From contig BCGN01000003.1 of NCBI GenBank assembly GCA_001599295.1, forward strand, positions 1,798,001 to 1,862,000: a stretch of DNA of 64,000 bases, written 5' to 3'. Each line of letters opens with the position of its first letter. The first letter of the stretch is position 1. Under the pieces are notes generated by a model. The model saw only the letters and a program-made list of their open reading frames with translations. It made no database searches and was not told the DNA's origin. This stretch comes from Sporopachydermia quercuum (taxonomy: Eukaryota). Made by a program: the position numbers and the translations under genes. Positions 38,783 to 51,661 of the stretch are shown here, piece by piece.

Positions 38783-39450
38783 ACTGAACATGCAAACTGA
38801 GTATTATTTTAGTTTGCAATCGTTTAAAATAACTAATAGTAAAGAAATATCAGACCAATAGATAGATCCCTGGTAGAACGCCCGATTATGGCAGAATGGT
38901 GACAAAGCATTAGTATAGAGCTTATTTCTATGGGCTCTGATAACTCAAAGATCATTCAATACATTGTCAATCATGAATAAAAACAACATACGACTGCTTA
39001 TCATCAAAGACTAATAGATATTTTTACAATAAATCAAGCGAACAACACTTCTCTATTTCGTCCTGTCTCAGGTTTAGCATCCACACAGCAAACACATCTC
39101 CGGATTATCTATTAAGGTTTCGACGTTGAGCTAAATTGCATCAATCACCTTTAAACTTTCCTGTTTTAGGCCTAACTTTCAACTCTATTTCCTGTCATTA
39201 CATAATCATAAATTCATCTTTTCTTTCACCTTCTACGCGATTGGAACTTTCTCTGCAAACAAATCAATTCTTTCTACTTAACTAGCAGTTTAATCAATCA
39301 TCAAATGTATCAAAAGATAGCTTGTCGGAACAAGCCAAATTAACCAGAATTCTCTATATAAATAGACCTCTTTTTATTCCTGCAGAGTCCCTGACTATTT
39401 CCGTTGATTTCACCCAGTTTTCTCTTGCCCATCACACGCTATACAACATA

Positions 39451-40473
39451 ATGTTCGAGGAAGGAGGTTTAACTAAGCAGGAGTATGTATCATTGAAATA
39501 ATACTACTATACAATCTATTTATCATTTTCTTGATCTATCTTTCATTGGAATCCTATATAAGTACTAACATTTTACTAGAAAGCAAATGCAGAAAGGACT
39601 GCAAGCCTTGGCAGAAGTCGAACGGAAAATGATCAAAGCTGAAAACGCTGTGAGTATGTAAGAGTACCTTTTTCCAACAGTATAAAATTTATACAATGCA
39701 TCCAAATACGGAGACTCTAACGGAGTATAGCCGCTTTTCATATAAGTCGAATGCAACCTATTTTTGAAGAGAGAAGAGAATCATTGAAGAATATTCCTGG
39801 TTTTTGGTCGACTGTTTTAGCCCAATCTGAAGACTTCCAAGAATTCCAGTTAGGTATCGATGATAATGATATATTTGACGTTATTACTGAAATATATGTA
39901 GTTAAAGGCATCGATGAAAAAGAAGAGTCAAACAATGGTATAAATTCAATAGAATTTACTTTTGAGTTCAAAGATTCTGATGTTTTGCAAGATCAAACTG
40001 TAGTTAAGAAGTTCTGGACAGAAAGTGTCAATGTTGAAAACGACGATAGAGAGAATGAAGCCACGAGTAAGAAATCAGTCTGGGTCTCGGAACCTGTTGA
40101 AGTGAAATTCAAGTCTGAAGCTTTAAGGGATAAAAAGAAAGTGAGATCTTATAAAAAGGGTTTTTTGAAATGGTTTGAGTATTCAGGGAAATCTCATGGC
40201 GAATTCAAAGGTGGTGACGATTTGGCTGTGCTTATAGCGGAGGATATATTCCCAGGAGCTGCTACTTATTTCACTGAGTCACTAGCTGATTTAGAGGATG
40301 ATGAAGATGAGGAGCTTGATTTGAGTGAAGAAGATGATGAGGATAATGAAGATGAGAAAGATAATGGCAATGGCAATGGCAATGGTGAGAATGATAGTGA
40401 TCGTACTTCTGGTAAGAGAAAAGCAGATGAAGAGAATGATGATGATGAATCAAATAAGAAAGTGAGAAATTAA
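39451..40473 (+). CDS. VPS75: NAP-family histone chaperone Vps75, 3 exons (~282 aa)
   Basis: 'PIFEERRESLKNIPGFWSTVL', 'FLKWFEYSG', 'DIFPGA', acidic tail. Exons 39451-39482, 39580-39653, 39731-40473 (GTATGT donors, TACTAAC/CTCTAAC branches). VPS75-CWC25-SUI1-SLA2 synteny. Confidence 0.85.
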
Positions 40474-41958
40474 AAGGATAGGATTTATATAGCCAAGATA
40501 TTTGATAAGGTTTGAACAAGTTTTACTGGTATTTTACATCTTGGTGAAGTAAAGTGTGAATTGTAGATATAAGTTGTGTTAATTACTACTGAAAGTTGGT
40601 GAATCGCCAAGTCACCACGAAGTTTCTATAAGTACTTAATAAACTAGATTCTGCAGTTATTCTATAATGGAAGCGGCCATTCATATGCTAACTTCTTCGC
40701 ACTTTGTATAGACGAATGTATAATCACCACTAGGATCATTACCTCAATGCTCACCGACAGAAAGCTTCACTGAGATAGCAAGATAAAATCCAACCTATTG
40801 TTAGAATCAACTGTGAAAAGGTGTCAAAATGATTGATCCTTTCATGAGAAGTAATGTTAGTGACATGTTAGACAACAAGCAGATGATTAAATATAGGCAC
40901 CAGCAACGCCAGTATGACCAAATCTACATATAATTCATACGTATAAGTTCTAGATCAATCAATATGTCTTGCATTGAGCTCTCATTTTGCTTATGATGGT
41001 TATATTCCTTGTTTGTGAGATAACACGAAATGATCATAACTCAATATTGTAATCTTCAAAAGCAAATCACCGAAGAGGAAATAGCCAATTGAACTGTTTG
41101 AGCGTTCCGGGCTTCTTTTTGGAACTTGCATCATAGGATTGATGGATTTCCTTGAAATAACCCATTGCTTTCTACTGGTGATAACGAAGGATGTGCTAGT
41201 GTTTAGTGTGGTCTTCTTATTGAGTTCATCTGAATGTGATTCTGAGAAAATAGCCATTTTTTTAGTTTATTCTCTATTTATTGATCTTAAATAATTCAAC
41301 TGGATTCTATTCATTTTATTGTAAATAAAATATTACTACTTACTGGAAAACTAAGAGAAACACTAAGCAGGCAGAAAAGCTCTTTCTCTCTTTCCAATGG
41401 TGGAAAACAGGATTTGAGTGAACCAATGGAGAATGAAAAAAAGAAAGAATACAATTACAAGCAAGGAAGTATTGATTTTATTCCTGTTCCAACGACTTCA
41501 TTAAAGCAGACACTTCAAAAGTCTTGAGGTGTGTTTCCTACAATAGCTGAATAAATTTCAACTGGGTGCCTCCTAGTTAATTGAAGTTTATGACGTCAAA
41601 AGATAGTCTCTCTGTTTTGATGTCGTTTATATCCAGTATATACGGCATATATTAGATTTCATGATATATTGTTATCAATCATGTTGATCTTATACCATTT
41701 GAACAGGACAATCACATTTACTATTGGGACCGTATATGCTGGTAATGACATATTGTAGGAATAATAGGAAAGAAGATTAAGAGCGTTCCTATTCATCATT
41801 GGCATATACAGCTTGTTGTAAAAGACCATACCAATACTATATTATACGCATAAGCTCAGTTTATATACACTTTAGCTTAAAGCTATTAAAAGACATATTT
41901 AATACATCAAGCATTATTTAATTCCTTCTCTTTCTCATTTCCCATTCCTTTGGCATAC

Positions 41959-44900
41959 TCATAACTCTTCATTCTCTTCCTCACTCTCAGTGTCGTTATC
42001 AACCCCAAATAATTCTCCTTCCTCAGCGTCAACTGGAACATATGCACTTCTAACTGGCATCGTTTCTCTGCCCATTAACTTCAAAATCTTGAACTTGAAG
42101 AAGTTATAAATGCCCCTGTTGAATTGAACAACAAACACAAATCCAGTATAAACAGCAGTAGCTACTACCCCAACATATCTCTTAATACCAGTTTCATGAG
42201 CAAAAGGATCTTCATCACCTAGTCTGATTTGACCGAATTTACCAACATATTGATGATATACAAAGTAGGAGGTGATAACAACTAATATAATTGGTNAGAC
42301 AATAACTGCAGCCAAACCAAATCCTCTTAGTCGTCCGTGTTTCTCGAAAAACTGTTCTTCTTTACCAGGACACGCAGTTGGCAGTCCCTTGTCGAATTCT
42401 TGTCCTCCTTCACAAGTACTTATAGGTATTCTTCTATAACCAGTTGGTTCATAATATTCAAATACATTTGAACCTGTTTTACATATATCTGAAGTATCTG
42501 GTGGTGTATATCCTCGAACCAATTTACAGGTTCCATCGCTATCTCTAACATAGTTGAAATCACATTCATAATCTTGTCTTGAACATGGACAGTTCTTGAT
42601 TGTCTTGTATGGTTCAAGATTGAGATCACCAATATAGCAATTCTTGGAAGGAATCTTTCGTAGATACTGAGTTTCGTGACCGAATAAGCAGTTACCAGCT
42701 TGATAAGGATGAGAAGGAGTCCATAATTCGAAATCATCATGTTCAGGATCTTTAAGATTCAAGATACACTTTCTTGGGTATAAATCAGTGAAATCCAATT
42801 GAATAGCAATTGATTTTTCACCTTGAGATAAAGGAGCTTTGCAGAATAGAATGAATTTTCTTGAGTTATCAGTTGGAACCGTTGCAATATCATCAACACG
42901 TAATAATTCTTCATTAAACTTGAACTCCTTCCAATTATCACCTTCATCAGTTGTATAGTATACAACATTGGTACTATCTTTATTATTAACAATAACAACA
43001 ATTGATCCTTGATCACCATATTCCCATTGGTAAACTCCTTTCTTGATTTCTTTCCAGGTGATACCACCATCTTTAGTGAAGAAAGTATCCCCATCATATA
43101 ATGGAGATAAGGTCTCACCGACATTTCCAACACCGATCATCATACCAACAGCTGATTGCGAAGAAAATGTATCTCTGTAGTCAGCTCTTTCAGTGAACCC
43201 ATGCAAATTCAACGAACATCTATCTAATCCTTGTCTTGAACAGGAATACTTTTCACCTTTGGAATCCACAGCTGGAGGTGTGATATAATTCCATTCGCCA
43301 CCATCATTATGAGTGATCATGGATTTCAATTGTTTACGAGATCCTTGTTTCACGTCTCTGGAATTAGAAACTACATTAACAAGGGCTACACCTTCTAAGC
43401 CAAAAAGTTCTTCAAAATCAACATATCCTTTAGAATCACGGTTGACTCCTGTTAATGAAGTAACGTAGAAAGTACCATTGGAATTGGATTTCAGGATACT
43501 ACCATACTCTGAACCAGGTCTGTTGCTAACAGTGACATGCAGTTTGATGGCTTGAGTTTTGGCGCTGAGAACAGTGTATGCTTGTTGCTTATCTACTTGG
43601 AAGTCTTCAGGGAAGAAAGCCTCAGCCCATATGATACCATCAACAGAAACATATGGTTTCAATGATACACCATCTTTATCAATGCTAGCAGCAATAAGGT
43701 AATCATCCATTTGAACAAAGCCAATGACTTCTTCTAAGACTAAATGTTGGGACTTGAAAAAGTCAGTAGAATAAATCAATTTTTTCTCATAATCATCAAA
43801 ATCATCAGAATACTGTTCACAGTAGATCAGCTGTTTGTCAGTTTTAACTTTCAACCCTCCAACCCAATCACATTTTCCTGCTCTTTCAATTAGTGGTCTC
43901 CATCTTGTACCTCTAGTAGTAGAATAGTATGTTGTAGTTCTGCACTGCTTCGATTGTTTACCCTTTTCGCATCCTTCTTGACCTGTCCAGATGAGATTTT
44001 TAGACAGTTTCTTATGGAAATTAAGAATACTCAATCCATCAGTATTAGCAGGGGCAGGTGTTCTGAATTGGGACCAATCTTTTGCTCTATTTGTAGAATA
44101 AAGAACCACTTCCCTTGAACAAACCAAATAAACATGGTCTGCCCGATAAGGATTAGGATAAATATATAAAACATCTTCATTGGTCTCAACCAGCTCCCAA
44201 GAGGTTCCTTGATCATGTGTCACATAAGCCTTCAGTTGATCAGTTCTTAAAATTATAGTTTCGTCGTTATTAGAGTTTGGATCGTCGCTTCTGCCGAGGT
44301 AAAAATACTCTGCCACGTGACCAGGGTAAGTGAACGTGAAAGATTTAACACTGCCATCAGATTCTTCAGAATCTGAGAGTTTTTTATCGCCATTGCCGAT
44401 GGAATGATCACCNTTATCAGAATCATCATCAGAACTGTTGTTATCGTCAGGGATCATTTGGTCGTCTTCACAGCGGTAAATCTTAGGTTGATCGAGTACA
44501 AGGCCGTTCTTAGAACTACAGCTATTACCAGGAATTTTCCTGTATCCAGAAGGAATTTCATATTGGAAAATGCCTGTTTTACAGACATCCTTTGGATCAA
44601 CGGTTTCATCAGCAGGAATACAATCACCAGCATTATTTCTAACGAAGTTGAAATCGCATTCATAATCAATTTCAGTGCAAGGACAGCTTTCAATTTCAGC
44701 GATAGGCTCATTGTATAAATCACCAACATAACAATTAGCAGTAGCCTTTCTACGAATATACTTTTGTTTTCTACCCATAGTACAAGCTGAGTCTGCGTTT
44801 TCATTGTATTTGGTGTACCAATCTTCAAAATCGTTCTTTTCACATTTCTTAGGAAAAACTCCTTTGAAATCAATAGAAAATGTATTGTAAGCGCCATCTT

Positions 44901-46503
44901 TGTTATTACCCACTAAGAAAAACTTCATAGACGTAGAATCAAACGTTGTAGTAAGTAATGTTGGTTCAACTTTAGCTGGTAACGAAGCCTTGATCCAGTT
45001 TTTACCTCTATCTTTAGTATAATAGAATTCGTCTACGTAATCACCATCTTTAATTGCCACGATCAAATTACCTTGATCACCAACCTCATATAAATGAGGA
45101 CCAGCTAAAGCTTTCTTCCAAAAGGCACCAGCATCATCACTGATGTATAAATCGCATTCTTCATAGGGCTTAAGATCATCACCAGTGTTGCCAACACCAA
45201 GAAGAATACCTGGAGCAGGACTTGAGAATACTTTACCTACATTGACATTATCGGTTACGGAGTGCAAATTCAACCCGCATTTTTCATCACCCCCACAAGA
45301 TGTAGATCCAACAATCTTTAGATAAGACCAAGTTCTACCATCATTGAAAGAAATTTGAGACCTGACTTGCTTGGTCTTAGATTTGCCACCAGTAACATCA
45401 TCAGCATTCGCCACGATATTGGATAAAGCTACACCGTCAATACCAGTGACCTGTTCATAATCAACAGCACCATTGACATTACGATTTGTATCATCAAGAA
45501 TTCTGGTGAAGTATGAACCATTGGAATTAGAAGCAAATGCTTGGCCAATTGGATTCTCCTCAGTTCCTTCCAATAGAATATCAACTTGAAGTGAACTAGA
45601 CGATGATTGTAAAATCGTATAAGATTGCTCTCTGAAAGAGCTCTCATGAGGGAACTCCACCAAATCCCAATTGAATCCATTCTTTGAAACAAACATACAT
45701 AATCCTTCTTCTTGGCCAAATCGTTTACCGTCAACAACTAAAAATGACGCAGCTGCTGAAATATCAATAGGATTTGATATCAAGCCACCAGCAGCTGACA
45801 TATAATGTGTACTTTGGAAGAAATCATTGGATCCAACGACCACTCTGTTCGTAATATCATTGTCACCTTCATTCTCAGGAGAATTTTGAATACAAACAAT
45901 GCTATCCAGATGTTTTGGTTCAAAAGAAGGATGTGATTTAGCAAAGATACATTTATGGGCAGCTATGAGCTTTCTAGGTAAATTGGACCTGAAGTTATCA
46001 ACTGTATAATAGAAAGTGTGCTGGCAAGATAAATCATCAGTTTTACAATCGTTACCAGCAATCATGACATAATCTGGTTTAGCAGCATGGAAATAAAGCG
46101 GAGTAATACCTTTGGTAACCGGCTTTGGAGTGGTGAATTGTCTCCAAGAAGCACCTTTATCGTCGGATCTCCAGTGTTGAATCTTATTGCTTAAGGCATA
46201 TACAACATCTGGATTGTAAGGATGAGGGATTAAATAATGAATACCAACGGTAGCAAAAGCTGTTACTTTATCAAAAGTAGCACCATCATCAGTACTACGG
46301 AATAAAAGCCCAGTATCTTTTTCATGATAAATTATAACAGGAGAATCTTCAAAATATATCATATCTTTGATGATGTTGTCTCTAGTANCTATTGAGATCT
46401 TTGGTGTGAATTCACCGTTGACAGGAGATATGACAGGTAGAAGAGTTAATGACAAGATCAGAAAGGCAAAGGCCAGTCTGCCTGCCAAAGATGGCCATCT
46501 CAT
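41959..46503 (-). CDS. VPS10: Vacuolar sorting receptor Vps10/Pep1
   Basis: Signal peptide; two VPS10 domains with BNR 'SxDxGxTW' repeats and Cys-rich 'DYECDFN' modules; TM segment and 'FGQIRLG' tail. ATG at 46503. Confidence 0.95.
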   Translation of the reverse strand: MRWPSLAGRLAFAFLILSLTLLPVISPVNGEFTPKISIXTRDNIIKDMIYFEDSPVIIYHEKDTGLLFRSTDDGATFDKVTAFATVGIHYLIPHPYNPDVVYALSNKIQHWRSDDKGASWRQFTTPKPVTKGITPLYFHAAKPDYVMIAGNDCKTDDLSCQHTFYYTVDNFRSNLPRKLIAAHKCIFAKSHPSFEPKHLDSIVCIQNSPENEGDNDITNRVVVGSNDFFQSTHYMSAAGGLISNPIDISAAASFLVVDGKRFGQEEGLCMFVSKNGFNWDLVEFPHESSFREQSYTILQSSSSSLQVDILLEGTEENPIGQAFASNSNGSYFTRILDDTNRNVNGAVDYEQVTGIDGVALSNIVANADDVTGGKSKTKQVRSQISFNDGRTWSYLKIVGSTSCGGDEKCGLNLHSVTDNVNVGKVFSSPAPGILLGVGNTGDDLKPYEECDLYISDDAGAFWKKALAGPHLYEVGDQGNLIVAIKDGDYVDEFYYTKDRGKNWIKASLPAKVEPTLLTTTFDSTSMKFFLVGNNKDGAYNTFSIDFKGVFPKKCEKNDFEDWYTKYNENADSACTMGRKQKYIRRKATANCYVGDLYNEPIAEIESCPCTEIDYECDFNFVRNNAGDCIPADETVDPKDVCKTGIFQYEIPSGYRKIPGNSCSSKNGLVLDQPKIYRCEDDQMIPDDNNSSDDDSDXGDHSIGNGDKKLSDSEESDGSVKSFTFTYPGHVAEYFYLGRSDDPNSNNDETIILRTDQLKAYVTHDQGTSWELVETNEDVLYIYPNPYRADHVYLVCSREVVLYSTNRAKDWSQFRTPAPANTDGLSILNFHKKLSKNLIWTGQEGCEKGKQSKQCRTTTYYSTTRGTRWRPLIERAGKCDWVGGLKVKTDKQLIYCEQYSDDFDDYEKKLIYSTDFFKSQHLVLEEVIGFVQMDDYLIAASIDKDGVSLKPYVSVDGIIWAEAFFPEDFQVDKQQAYTVLSAKTQAIKLHVTVSNRPGSEYGSILKSNSNGTFYVTSLTGVNRDSKGYVDFEELFGLEGVALVNVVSNSRDVKQGSRKQLKSMITHNDGGEWNYITPPAVDSKGEKYSCSRQGLDRCSLNLHGFTERADYRDTFSSQSAVGMMIGVGNVGETLSPLYDGDTFFTKDGGITWKEIKKGVYQWEYGDQGSIVVIVNNKDSTNVVYYTTDEGDNWKEFKFNEELLRVDDIATVPTDNSRKFILFCKAPLSQGEKSIAIQLDFTDLYPRKCILNLKDPEHDDFELWTPSHPYQAGNCLFGHETQYLRKIPSKNCYIGDLNLEPYKTIKNCPCSRQDYECDFNYVRDSDGTCKLVRGYTPPDTSDICKTGSNVFEYYEPTGYRRIPISTCEGGQEFDKGLPTACPGKEEQFFEKHGRLRGFGLAAVIVXPIILVVITSYFVYHQYVGKFGQIRLGDEDPFAHETGIKRYVGVVATAVYTGFVFVVQFNRGIYNFFKFKILKLMGRETMPVRSAYVPVDAEEGELFGVDNDTESEEENEEL

Positions 46504-47306
46504 TTTCAAAATGTTTTTCTGCTAATCACCTGCTAATAGGTTCAAAGAGCCTTAGAAATAATATTGATGAACTGTTTGTCCAAATTATTTTCGACTAGAT
46601 AGATTAGCTGGCTAAGTAGAATAGAGATGATATGAAAGGGGAGCCTGTTGATCCCTATACTGAACTAATCAATGAAAATACAAATGATGATCTTTACTTT
46701 TTACCACTATTACAAGCACGAAAGACTTGAGTCAATATTTGGAGAATGAAAACGTTTTCCGGAAGGCATAAAGAAGAAAAGGAATAACAGGTCGTGAAAA
46801 GAGTTAGAGATAAAAGATGAAAAGTTTCATTGAATGAGAAAAATTAAAATACCTGAGAACAGGGATTAGAGTTAAGGTTTAGAAAGGAATAGGGAGACTC
46901 GATTACCTGATTTGGTTATTAGTACAGCACTATGCATTATATATGCATAGTACAGGATTGAGCATTAGCGAGATGGTTTTTCAATAAATGGACTAGGATG
47001 AAATAGAGAGATCAAAGAATACCTACAGTCATACCCATTGAACTCTTTTAATGGGTTTAACTGTAGGCATTTGAAGGTGAACGTGAAGGTGAATGTGAAG
47101 CATTGTTAGGGGAAGCTTAACGAGAAAGGAAACTGATAGTTTCAAATGGAGTTCAGCTATTGGTAGTGATGGAAAAGATAAGACGAGGACTACAAGTTTG
47201 ATAAGATAAAAGCTTTAGTGACTTTTTTCACTAATCTTCAGAAGAATTTTTCTATGAAAACATAATAAATCGAGCTGTTTATATTGGTTTAAACCTCTAC
47301 TTGATC

Positions 47307-47335
47307 TTCTTTTTTTTCTTTTTTTTTTTTTTTTG
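47307..47335. repeat. Interrupted poly(dT) tract
   Basis: About 27 T with isolated C interruptions in the intergenic region upstream of VPS10. Confidence 0.7.
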
Positions 47336-48345
47336 ATTAGAGAACTGCTTAGAATTAAAGCATTTCTAAGCATTGTTCATCATCAGCTATGCAATAATAT
47401 GCGATGTTCTGCACAATTGAGGAAGATAAGAAAGTCCGATTGTCCTTTTTGAAACTTTAGTTATTTTTAAGTATTCACTCATATCTCATTCTTCTCCAGT
47501 TACATCTTCGACTAATACCTAGATGATTCTTGATCAAATAACTAATTTTTATGAATGTCTGATCAATAAACCACTTTTTAGGCCTCTTTTTACCCAAAAA
47601 AAGATTCTTTTCTCTTGCATTCTATGTTCATTTATATTCCTTTGTTGTAATTGCCAAGTATTTCAGGGGTAAAAACCTTTTAGTAAATAAAGTTCTACTA
47701 ACGAACAACCTTTTCCACAGTAAAGTTTTGCGGAGCCCAACTATTGGTTAAGAGGCAGATTCAAATGACAATCAGATTTTGGTCAAGGAAAATACAACAC
47801 ATTTTCGTATAATTGGCCCACATTTTATTTGCATTTTCATTAGAGTCTGATTTATGTTTCCCCACTATACATTAGCCTTGAATTCCACTGAGTATCCCTT
47901 CTTGTTTTACAATAAAGTTTTTGAACAGGCTCTAATCAGGACTGCACAAAAGAACCACTTGCATGCTCAGGCATACAATTACTAAAGTAAGTCTCGGAGA
48001 CCGATTGCCCATAACACCGGTTTCGGATTAATTGGTAGATCTTTATTCTTTATTTTAGTCGTCATAGTATTCTTCTTTTGGGTAAAAAGATTAGGATATG
48101 CAAATATGTTGGAAACATATGGAATATATCACGTGAACTCCAATTACTGGTTACTAGTAACATAAAGGAACCACTGATATTTCGACCTCATAGCGAGTCA
48201 CATCGGAAGAAAGATTTGACTCATGCGAACCTTCAACTCGTTATTAAATGCCCATACAGGAAGGAAGTCATTTGTTTTCACTGGTCAACAATATGATAGT
48301 TTTTGCTTCATTATCATCATTGTTGCTATCACACATCACTTATTT

Positions 48346-49458
48346 TTAATCTAATATTGATTGCCCAATATTCATTAGGACTCCACTTCTTCCATCAAAC
48401 TTTTTATAGGTCTCAGTTCTCAGTTTCTCGTCCTTGAACTTTTCCTGCTCGTCCAGAAGCTTTTGATTAGTTAATTCATTTTCCCGTTTTACTATTCGAG
48501 ACTCAGCAAAGCGTTTCATTTCCTTCAGTTTTGCTTCCCGTTCTTCGTGAGATAATGCATTGGTTGTTCCAATAGTATTGCTTTTTGAGCGAATATTCGA
48601 CGGACGCTCAAGTCTGGGCTGGTAGTGTCTACTTTTGGGGTATATCTCGTTATTATATGATCTTTCGTATTTCCTATCTCTTTTGTAGTATTCTTTGATT
48701 CTGGGTATATCTTCATTGTGATCATCGTATGGGGCGTCCTCCCGTTTCACTCTTCTGAAGCTTTTATCGCCATCTCTACAGGAATCAGTTGTTCGGTCAT
48801 TTCCTGTAGATCTTGCGTCATAATATTCATAATCTCTTTGATCTTTATAATGGTCTCTTTCTCTGTAACTATCTCTGTCTCTGTCGCCATTTTCATCTCT
48901 GCTTCTCTCTCTTTTCTTTCTGTGCTTATTGTGCCTCCTACTATCGTTTTCATTACTTGAAGTCCTCTTTTTAGATTCTAGTTTCTTTTTTGCTGCCAAA
49001 GTCATCATCTCAACCTGCCGCTGTTTTATCATGAACATAGGATCATCTTTGACCTTCTTCGCCATCTCTTTAGCGCTCAGAGCAGCTAGTCCTGATTCTC
49101 CTATTGATGAGACATTTTCAAGGGTTTCCATTTTGTCTTTTCTTTCTGATTTTTCGGTATCGTCCTTTTTCAATATCAGATCATCAAACCTTTTCTTCCC
49201 TAACAAATAATCATCTGCCTGTTGCGATGAAAACGATTTCTCTCCCTCATCATACATCCAGTCGACCTTATCTTTCCTTTTCTTTCCTTGTAACGCCAGA
49301 AGTTGCATCCGCTCTCGGTCAGCTTCAATTTCCTTCTCACGTTCCTTGATTTTTTTCAACTCCGCCAGTGCTTCCTGTTCTCGTATCCACACTTTTTCCC
49401 GGTTTTTCATCAAACCGGGATGCCAGGATTTTTTCATATTCAGATCGCCAGGCGCCAT
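48346..49458 (-). CDS. CWC25: Pre-mRNA splicing factor Cwc25
   Basis: 'GDLNMKKSWHPGLMKN', 'KVDWMY', 'YLLGKK', 'DDPMFMIK'; R/D-rich tail. Confidence 0.93.
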   Translation of the reverse strand: MAPGDLNMKKSWHPGLMKNREKVWIREQEALAELKKIKEREKEIEADRERMQLLALQGKKRKDKVDWMYDEGEKSFSSQQADDYLLGKKRFDDLILKKDDTEKSERKDKMETLENVSSIGESGLAALSAKEMAKKVKDDPMFMIKQRQVEMMTLAAKKKLESKKRTSSNENDSRRHNKHRKKRERSRDENGDRDRDSYRERDHYKDQRDYEYYDARSTGNDRTTDSCRDGDKSFRRVKREDAPYDDHNEDIPRIKEYYKRDRKYERSYNNEIYPKSRHYQPRLERPSNIRSKSNTIGTTNALSHEEREAKLKEMKRFAESRIVKRENELTNQKLLDEQEKFKDEKLRTETYKKFDGRSGVLMNIGQSILD

Positions 49459-50892
49459 TTTGAGTACTGATTGAAAGAACTTTAGGTAAACAGTAAATGA
49501 CTTGTGGTAGAAAATGTGATATGTGTTAGGTTATTAAATGAAGTATTGTGATAGTGTGTAGTATTGTTGAGATAGCACAATGTGACAGTTATACTGAATG
49601 TTGCTTTTGAGCAGAAAAATTGTAAACAGCTACTCGTAGCCAAACAATAAATAATCTTGCAGTTTGCCTTAGTTTGTTGGTGCAATTATTGGGATTTAGT
49701 TCGTTAAATGAAAGCTTGAACAAATGAATCGATAAGCAGAAGAAATAATAGCTGTGGTGCAAAATGGCAATCTTTCTTTTCATGAGATACAAGAGGGATT
49801 TTTTTATTTGATTATGTGATATATAAATATATTTGGACGAAGTGCAAATGGTGCATATAGCTTGCATGATAAATATGGCAAACAGATTGGAACTGCTAAT
49901 AAAGAGTTGTTTCAATGGAAAATCTGTGAGCTAAGAATGTTAAGAAATGACTATCTATTATTTGTTGTGAGTTAATTGAAAAGTAACTCATTTAACTACG
50001 AGCATTATTAGAGAGTGTGTACATATAGTGTCGAAATTGCAAACGGTGAGAACTTATCAGAAAGCAGGAAGATGCAAGCTTATGCGTAATGACATTTTTC
50101 TGCGTACATTCAACATATTGACCATCATCAAATAAAGAAAAGTTAGCAAAAACTCTTACTAAGAAACTTGGTTCATTCAATAAAACTTCTTTAACTTGGA
50201 TCAAATATTCATTCAACCCTGTATTAAGTACTATAAGAGTACTAATCTACTGCTTCTAGTTTCGCTTTTCGCCTGATATTTAACCTCCGCATCAATCGAA
50301 TTAACATATGCAAGCAGGTTTTCCATTTTCAGTGAGATCTTGCTATATATGTACATGTATCAAAGATACGTGATTTATCCAAACCTGCATATTACTGCAT
50401 GAGAAACACATGGAACGATTTTCATGGATACTTTGAAACATCCAAATAGCAACAAACGAATCAAGGCCCTATTTACTGATTGCACAACACTCATGATTTC
50501 TCACGGTTAAGCATGTGAATCACCAAGTACAACTATACTCTACGCAGGGATTTGGTAAACAGTTCATGTTATTAGAGTACCTGCAATCGTACACCGCCGA
50601 TTGCAATGATCCGAATTATATAAATAATTGGCTTCCATACTCATCAATCAACAAATACCAACATAAAAGATTAGTGAATTAACGTGTTAAAACAATTACT
50701 AGATGTTATAATTAAGCCAATAAAAGCACTTGACAATAAAGCTGAAATTTCTTGCCAGTTGAGTGAACTTGAGTCAATGACTGGTATCCTTTGAAATGAC
50801 ACTCGAATCGAATCAGAATAAAAGAGGTTCCATGTAAAATACAAGTAGATTGACCCAATTAATTTGAGAATATATAAATCAACAAACAACGT

Positions 50893-51661
50893 TTAGAAAC
50901 CGTGGATTTTAATGTTCTTCTTCATTAAATTCAACTGAGAAGTTAAAAACTCCATAACCTTGACTCTTTGATCACCTTGAAGTTGAATGACTTCTCCTAA
51001 TTCTTCGTCCTTCACAATGTTACCGTTACAAGCGAAATCCTTCTTTAAGACACGAAGGATACGTTTCAAATCGTATTCACTTGGTAAACCTTGAACTGTA
51101 GTTAATGTCTTACGACCATTACGTTGTTGAATACGTATATCTGTATTTACTAGTTAGTATTCTGGGAAATACGGAAACGAGCGAACAAGAGAAATATTCT
51201 AGAGTGCTCTTTCTAAAATCCAATCAATCACACATACGAATATAGTTTGTAGGTTGGGTATCGTCGTCACCAGTATCGGCGAAAGGATCTAAAGTAAAGT
51301 GTTAGCACTTGTAATCTTGCCAAATATTCACCTCAGTGAGCATTTCAACAGACTCTTTGGGAAAGAACAGAAAGAACAGTATGTATAAACCTTGATCCTA
51401 GTAATTGTAGTCTTCCAATCCTCTGTTTGATTCAAGAGTATCTTCTGATTTAGTATACTGCAGGATATTGATGTAAATAAACAATAGGGTATCCGTCAAA
51501 CTGATAACATTTTTATCCCTGCCAGTGACATCAAAATAGCACTCGCTCGTAGATCCTACTAGATGACCTCTGATATGCACACAGTCTGTTCATTCCCAAT
51601 AATCCATCACCATGCAAGCAATACACGTACCAAAAGATTTGAGATTTTCAATAGAAGACAT
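50893..51661 (-). CDS. SUI1: Translation initiation factor eIF1, 3 exons (109 aa); missed by the ORF track
   Basis: Exons 51661-51631 (MSSIENLKSF), 51288-51238 (DPFADTGDDDTQPTNYI), 51140-50893 (HIRIQQRNGRKTLTTVQG...KIHGF*). Donors GTACGT and GTATGT; total 330 nt. Confidence 0.96.

Noticed and set aside
41000..41257. 85-aa ORF with good start context between VPS75 and VPS10
   Set aside because: No recognisable domain or splice support; cannot be supported from sequence alone.
51289..51630. Long SUI1 intron as a snoRNA host
   Set aside because: No convincing paired C/D boxes or H/ACA structure was visible by eye.
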